Of a DNA stretch of 64,000 nucleotides, positions 63,584 through 64,000 are shown one piece after another (position 1 is the stretch's first letter; each line of letters opens with the position of its first letter). The position numbers and the translations under genes were made by a program. The DNA comes from Octopus vulgaris (Eukaryota), in assembly GCA_951406725.2 (NCBI GenBank), contig OX597828.1:18724001-18788000 (forward strand), written 5' to 3'. The notes under the pieces are model-generated. The model made no database searches, was not told where the DNA came from, and saw only the letters and a list, made by a program, of their open reading frames with translations.

Positions 63584-64000
63584 AGAATGGCGAGAGGTGG
63601 GGGGGGGGAATGGATAAAGCTGAAAGAGAGAGTATTGATAAATGGAGAAAGGTAAGGGGCAGATCGATACAGCGATTGAAGTGGGAGAGACGAAAGGCAA
63701 ATACAGTAAAAGATAGACGTGGGGGGGGGGGCAGAAAGCCGAGCGGACGGAGATATGGAAGGACGGATGGATGAAAAAAGGCGACATAGATAGATACATA
63801 GATGCATAGATGAAGGATGGGGGCAGACAGGAATGAAGACTAACAATATAGGGAATAAGAGATGGGGAAAGACAAGGGGAAGATCGATAGATGGGATAGA
63901 TGGCAGAAGATACGTAGAAAGACAGTCTGACGGATAGACAGACGGGTAGACAGACAGGCAAAAAGACAGACGGACAGGCAGACAGATAGACAAATGAATA

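Overview
This is AT-rich eukaryotic DNA dense in microsatellites and transposons. The repeat content strongly suggests an octopod (Octopus-like) intron or intergenic region, which is an inference. I cannot support any intact host gene, rRNA, true tRNA gene or CRISPR array; almost all ORFs in the supplied track are microsatellite or SINE read-through. The window contains: dozens of copies of four tRNA-derived SINE families (labelled A-D here); LINE remnants (one restriction-like-endonuclease type, three RTE-clade); a solo LTR; mariner, piggyBac and hAT MITEs; non-autonomous Helitrons; minisatellites; and many short Penelope-like (PLE) remnants carrying hammerhead-ribozyme (HHR) motifs. The most striking observation is at 4285-4350 and 43833-43895, plus a truncated case at 62661-62708. 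All hammerhead catalytic-core nucleotides and in-register stems I and III are present, but the three strands run in the order [III-UH-I]-[II-GAAA-III]-[I-CUGANGA-II]. That order is not type I, II or III and implies a pseudoknotted, non-circularly permuted hammerhead. Linker lengths are conserved (6 nt and 14-15 nt) although the stem sequences differ. All ribozyme calls come from reading the sequence by eye and need testing. SINE boundaries are approximate.
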